A stretch of 63,949 bases of DNA, counting the filler, from Acidimicrobiia bacterium (GTDB taxonomy: Bacteria > Actinomycetota > Acidimicrobiia > Spongiisociales > CAZKJJ01), in the NCBI GenBank assembly GCA_046759765.1. It is 4 parts of 4 records of this genome, joined end to end, with 100 filler letters (N's around TTAATTAATTAA, not from the genome) between each part and the next. Parts side by side here need not be neighbours in the genome. Positions count along the whole stretch, not along the records: positions 52,578 to 63,949 come from JBHICV010000071.1; 3 more parts are not named here. The stretch is one strand, 5' to 3'. Of the stretch, positions 60,304 through 63,949 are shown in pieces; position 1 is the first letter of the stretch, and each line of letters begins with the position of its first letter. The notes below the pieces were generated by a model. That model was not told the origin of the DNA, searched no databases, and worked only from the letters and a program-made list of their open reading frames with translations. A program made the translations under genes and the position numbers.

Positions 60304-61278
60304 CTACATGGTCAGGGCCATCACGGCTTTCTGCACATGCAAGCGGTTTTCCGCCTGGTCGAACACCACGCTCTGCGGCCCGTCGATCACCTCGTCTGTG
60401 ACCTCGATGTTGCGGTCAGCCGGCAGCGGATGCATGTAGATGGCGTCGCCGGCGGCTAGATCCATGCGCCGTTGGTCGGTGATCCAGTCCTGGTACTTCT
60501 CGCTGATGCGGGCCGACTCGTCCAGATCGTCGGTGGTCAGCATGCAGCCCCAGGCCTTGGCGTAGATCACGTCGGCATCCCGGAACCCTTCCTCAAAGTC
60601 TTCGAGGATCTCGAACGACCCGCCTGAGCTGCGGGCGTTCTCTTCCGCCTGGGCCACGATCTCGGGCATCAGCTTGAACTCCGGTGGCCGGGTGAGACGA
60701 ACGTTCATGCCGTACCGGGTCATCAACAGGATCACGCTCTGCGGCACGCTCAGCGGCTTCTGGTATGAGGCGGCATAGGCGTAGCTCACGTTGATCGTCA
60801 GACCCGGGGGATCCTGCTTCTTCTCGATAATCGTGAGCAGGTCGGCCAGCACCTGAAACGGGTGGTAAATCTCACACTGCATATTGAGGATCGGGACCCG
60901 AGAGGCCTGGGCGACATCCCGCATGTACTGGTTGCCGACGCCCCAATCGACCTGACGGATGGCGATGCCGTCGTTATAGCGTCCGAGGATCTCTCCAATC
61001 TCCTTGGCGGTGTCGCCGTGAGCGATCTGGGTGGTCTTCGCCTCGATGAACTGGGCATGGCCGCCGAGCTGTGTCATGCCCGCCTCGAAGCTCGAGCGGG
61101 TGCGGGTGCTGGAGAAGAAGAAGAGCATGGCGAGGACCTTGTCCTCCAGCAGCCGATGGGGCTGTCCGACTGCCCGCTGGTGTTTCAGCTCTGTGGCCAG
61201 GTCGAGGACGCGGTCGATCTCGTCGCGGGTCCACTCCTGGGTGGAGATCATGTCCCGGCCTCGCAGGTCCGTCGACAC
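60304..61278 (-). CDS. YgeW-like carbamoyltransferase
   Basis: STRTRSSF, QIAHGDT, HPFQ, AYAASYQKPLSVPQ (YgeW-like loop), HPLP, QAENRLH. Confidence 0.8.
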   Translation of the reverse strand: MSTDLRGRDMISTQEWTRDEIDRVLDLATELKHQRAVGQPHRLLEDKVLAMLFFFSSTRTRSSFEAGMTQLGGHAQFIEAKTTQIAHGDTAKEIGEILGRYNDGIAIRQVDWGVGNQYMRDVAQASRVPILNMQCEIYHPFQVLADLLTIIEKKQDPPGLTINVSYAYAASYQKPLSVPQSVILLMTRYGMNVRLTRPPEFKLMPEIVAQAEENARSSGGSFEILEDFEEGFRDADVIYAKAWGCMLTTDDLDESARISEKYQDWITDQRRMDLAAGDAIYMHPLPADRNIEVTDEVIDGPQSVVFDQAENRLHVQKAVMALTM

Positions 61279-61304
61279 CCCTGCTCTCCCGCTTCAGGGC
61301 CGAG

Positions 61305-62258
61305 TCATTCCATGGCGCCCAGCACGAGCGCCAGCAGGGACATCCGCATCACGACCCCGTAGTAGGCCTCTTGCCAATAGCGGGCGTGGCGGGTGGCGTC
61401 GACGTCTTCCGGCAGCTCGTCCATGCGGGGCAGCGAGTGGAGCACGATGGCGTGCGGCCTGGCCTGGGTCGCCAGCAACTCGCGTGTGACCTGGTAGTTC
61501 TCCGGGGTGAGGCCGTATTCCTCCGAGACCTCCTCGCGGGCCTTCGTGTAGTCGGGCTGGACCACCGGCTCCATGTAGATGACGTCCGCCTCTGAAATGA
61601 CGTCGGCCACGTGCCCCGCCTCCCGGACCCGCAGATTCTTCTCCTCCAGCTCGGCGAGGAACTCCTTAGTGGGCGACATCTCCTCCGGGGCGATGAGGAT
61701 CATCTCGGCGTCGAATTGGGTGAGGCCGTAGCCGATGGAGTGCATAGTCCGCATCCGCATGTCCCCGATGCACAGAAACGTGAGCCCGTCGACGGTTCCA
61801 AGCTCCCGTTGAACGGTGTAGAGGTCGGTCAGCACCTGGGTGGGATGTTCTCCCCAGCCGTCGCCGGCGTTGATGACCGGAATGCTTGCCCACTGAGCCG
61901 CCTCGGCAGGCGCCCCCTGCTGGAAGTGACGCATGACGAGCGCGTCGCCGTAGTACTCCAGCATGTGAACGGTGTCCTTGATCGACTCCTGGTAGAAGTC
62001 GCCGGCCCGAGTCATTTTGGGGTCCGCGAAGCCGAGGACGTGTCCGCCGAGGCGGTGCATAGCCGCCTCGTGAGCGAGCCGTGTGCGGGTCGAGGGCTGA
62101 TAGAAGGCGGTGATCAGCGTCTTGCCCGCCAGCAAGTCGGTGTTCTCCCTGATTCGGGCGATCGGCTCCAGCTCGTCTGCGACCTCGAAGACGTGCTCGA
62201 ATTCGGCCCGCTCGAAATCCTTCAGAGAGAGGATGTCCCTCCCGGCGAAGCTCCGCAT
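61305..62258 (-). CDS. PyrB-like carbamoyltransferase with divergent substrate site
   Basis: PSTRTR, INAGDG-GEHPTQ, HSLPR-DE; lacks KGE and R-Q-ER motifs. Confidence 0.8.
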   Translation of the reverse strand: MRSFAGRDILSLKDFERAEFEHVFEVADELEPIARIRENTDLLAGKTLITAFYQPSTRTRLAHEAAMHRLGGHVLGFADPKMTRAGDFYQESIKDTVHMLEYYGDALVMRHFQQGAPAEAAQWASIPVINAGDGWGEHPTQVLTDLYTVQRELGTVDGLTFLCIGDMRMRTMHSIGYGLTQFDAEMILIAPEEMSPTKEFLAELEEKNLRVREAGHVADVISEADVIYMEPVVQPDYTKAREEVSEEYGLTPENYQVTRELLATQARPHAIVLHSLPRMDELPEDVDATRHARYWQEAYYGVVMRMSLLALVLGAME

Positions 62259-62327
62259 GTTCTCACCTCCTCGACGCTTGCGCAGACTAGAAGCCCTGGC
62301 CGGCCCGGTCGAGACTGGGGGTCCCGG

Positions 62328-63329
62328 CTAGGGGGAGAAGACCTCGATCACACGGCGAGCATCGCCCAGCGGATAGAGGATGGGTGACGTGCATCCCGCC
62401 GCCACGTACTCGGCGACCTTCTCCCGGCACTCGTCCGGCGTGCCTGCCGCGCAAATCATCTGGACGACGTCGTCGGGAACCAGCCGTGCTGCCTGCTCGA
62501 TCTCTGAGCGGCTGGCCGGCCAGGTCAATACTTGCCCGATGTCGTCCAGGAGCGAAGCGGGCACGCCTGACGCCTTTCCGATGTGGGGCTGTTGCCCCAG
62601 GTACTGGGTGACCAGCAGTCGGGCCTCGTCTAAGGCACCGGCCCGGTCCTCACTTAGCGAGCACACGATGAGCTGAGGGCGGTCGAGGTCATCCAGGGAT
62701 CGACCAGTACGGGCGGCACCCGCCTCGAGCTGAGTCAGAGCCTCTCGGTTGTACCCAGGAGAGACGAGGTAGTTCAACAGCACGCCGTCGGCGATCTCCC
62801 CCGTGAGCTTCATCATCTGCATCCCGGTTGCGCCGACGTAGATCAGTATGTCACGAGGGCCACGTTCTTGATGAACGAAGTCCAGCTCGACGTTGTCTAA
62901 GTCGACGAAGTCCCCTGCGTAGGTCACTCGCTCTCCGTTGAGCAGGCGGCGCACCACCTCGACCGTCTCTCGCATGGCCCGTAGCGGGCGGCTCCGATCG
63001 ATGCCCACCTGCCGAGCCAACGGATCCCACCAGGCCCCGATGCCGAAGAGGACTCGCCCCGGCCCGAGGTCGTCGAGGGTAGCGAACGTCGAGGCGAGCA
63101 GGGCCGCATTCCTCGTCCAGTTGTTGACCACCCCGGAGCCCACCTTGATCCGGCTGGTGACGGCCAGGAAGGCCGCCATCGGCACCGTGGCTTCTCGGGC
63201 CAAACGGCTTTCCGCCTGCCAGACGCTCGCGAAGCCACACTGCTCGGCGTATCGCACTAACTCGATCGCCTCGGGGAGCGGATGGGCATCTTGCATGTAG
63301 AGGCCGTAGGGAACGTCGGTCGCGCTCAT
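62328..63329 (-). CDS. LLM-class (Mer-like, probably F420-dependent) oxidoreductase
   Basis: AEQCGF-SVW-AE, T-RIKVGSGV-N, IYVGATG-M-GEIADG, AGTPDEC. Confidence 0.88.
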   Translation of the reverse strand: MSATDVPYGLYMQDAHPLPEAIELVRYAEQCGFASVWQAESRLAREATVPMAAFLAVTSRIKVGSGVVNNWTRNAALLASTFATLDDLGPGRVLFGIGAWWDPLARQVGIDRSRPLRAMRETVEVVRRLLNGERVTYAGDFVDLDNVELDFVHQERGPRDILIYVGATGMQMMKLTGEIADGVLLNYLVSPGYNREALTQLEAGAARTGRSLDDLDRPQLIVCSLSEDRAGALDEARLLVTQYLGQQPHIGKASGVPASLLDDIGQVLTWPASRSEIEQAARLVPDDVVQMICAAGTPDECREKVAEYVAAGCTSPILYPLGDARRVIEVFSP

Positions 63330-63375
63330 CGTCCCGCGAGGCGGAAGGGCCGCCGATTGGGGGGTCCGGATCCGA

Positions 63376-63949
63376 TCACAGGCGGGCGTGGAGGCGCTCG
63401 GCTTGCTCACGCGCCTTCGCCCGCACCTCGGCGGCGTCCACCCGGGTTGGGCGGCCTTCAGAGAGCACCACCTCGCCGTCCACTTTCACCTCGACGGGGC
63501 GAATGCCCGGCGTGAAAGCCACGTGCCAGGGATCGATCGGTTCATAGGACCACGTCACCTCATCGTTCTTTGCCTCAGGCATCAGATCCCAGCCGTTCTC
63601 CAACCACGACCAGGCCACCTCCGGACTGGCGGTCACGTCGACCGATCGCTGCATCACGTAGGCCAGTCGGAAGGACTCAACGACGTTGCCGCCGATTCCG
63701 TCGGTGCCCAGTGCCACCGGTTCGGCGAAGCGGGCGGGATGGGCGTAACCGACGCCGTTGTTCAGGTTGGAACGCGGGTTGTGGAGGATCGTGCCGCGCA
63801 GGTCGTGATCGGTCGGGAGGTGGACGCAGTGGGCGAGGAGCCAACTCGCGCGGGTCAGGCCTCGCAAGCGCTCTGGGGCATCGGCGTCCTCCGGTCCCTC
63901 CGCCACATGGATGTGGACGCCCACCCCCACGTCGTCGGCTAGGCCGGCG
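63376..63949 (-). CDS. SsnA/AtzA-like amidohydrolase, 5'-partial
   Basis: HIHVAEG, LLAHCVH, HNPRSNLNNGVG, LGTDG. Confidence 0.82.
   Translation of the reverse strand, partial: AGLADDVGVGVHIHVAEGPEDADAPERLRGLTRASWLLAHCVHLPTDHDLRGTILHNPRSNLNNGVGYAHPARFAEPVALGTDGIGGNVVESFRLAYVMQRSVDVTASPEVAWSWLENGWDLMPEAKNDEVTWSYEPIDPWHVAFTPGIRPVEVKVDGEVVLSEGRPTRVDAAEVRAKAREQAERLHARL

Noticed and set aside
57371..60459. Long plus-strand ORFs (469 aa, 384 aa) and similar antisense ORFs across the window
   Set aside because: Shadow frames of high-GC genes on the opposite strand; no recognisable motifs.

Overview
High-GC actinobacterial DNA, most likely an Acidimicrobiia-like genome bin (inferred from whiB, sigE/rseA, F420-type LLM, several cyclase-STAND genes and pervasive leaderless promoters). 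The window is four contigs joined by artificial 100-nt N/TTAATTAATTAA linkers (17724-17823, 35106-35205, 52478-52577), so adjacency across linkers is not biological. Most content is housekeeping: rtcB, sdhCAB, purA/purD, galK, rsgA, ppk2, clpB, hppA, topA, tmk, holB and two-component genes. Standout signals: (1) a family of ~55-bp extragenic palindromes, (T)GTCAATC-N23-GATTGACA, found five times with an invariant 23-nt spacer and always just after a stop codon, two copies bracketing an orphan AbiEi-DUF559 endonuclease gene, suggesting a REP/RAYT-like nuclease-plus-repeat system; (2) a heptad-periodic palindrome before tatA; (3) a ureide/purine-catabolism-like operon with two carbamoyltransferases, carbamate kinase, two PLP enzymes, an SsnA-like amidohydrolase and an LLM reductase; (4) a decayed tRNA-Met-targeting integrative island.
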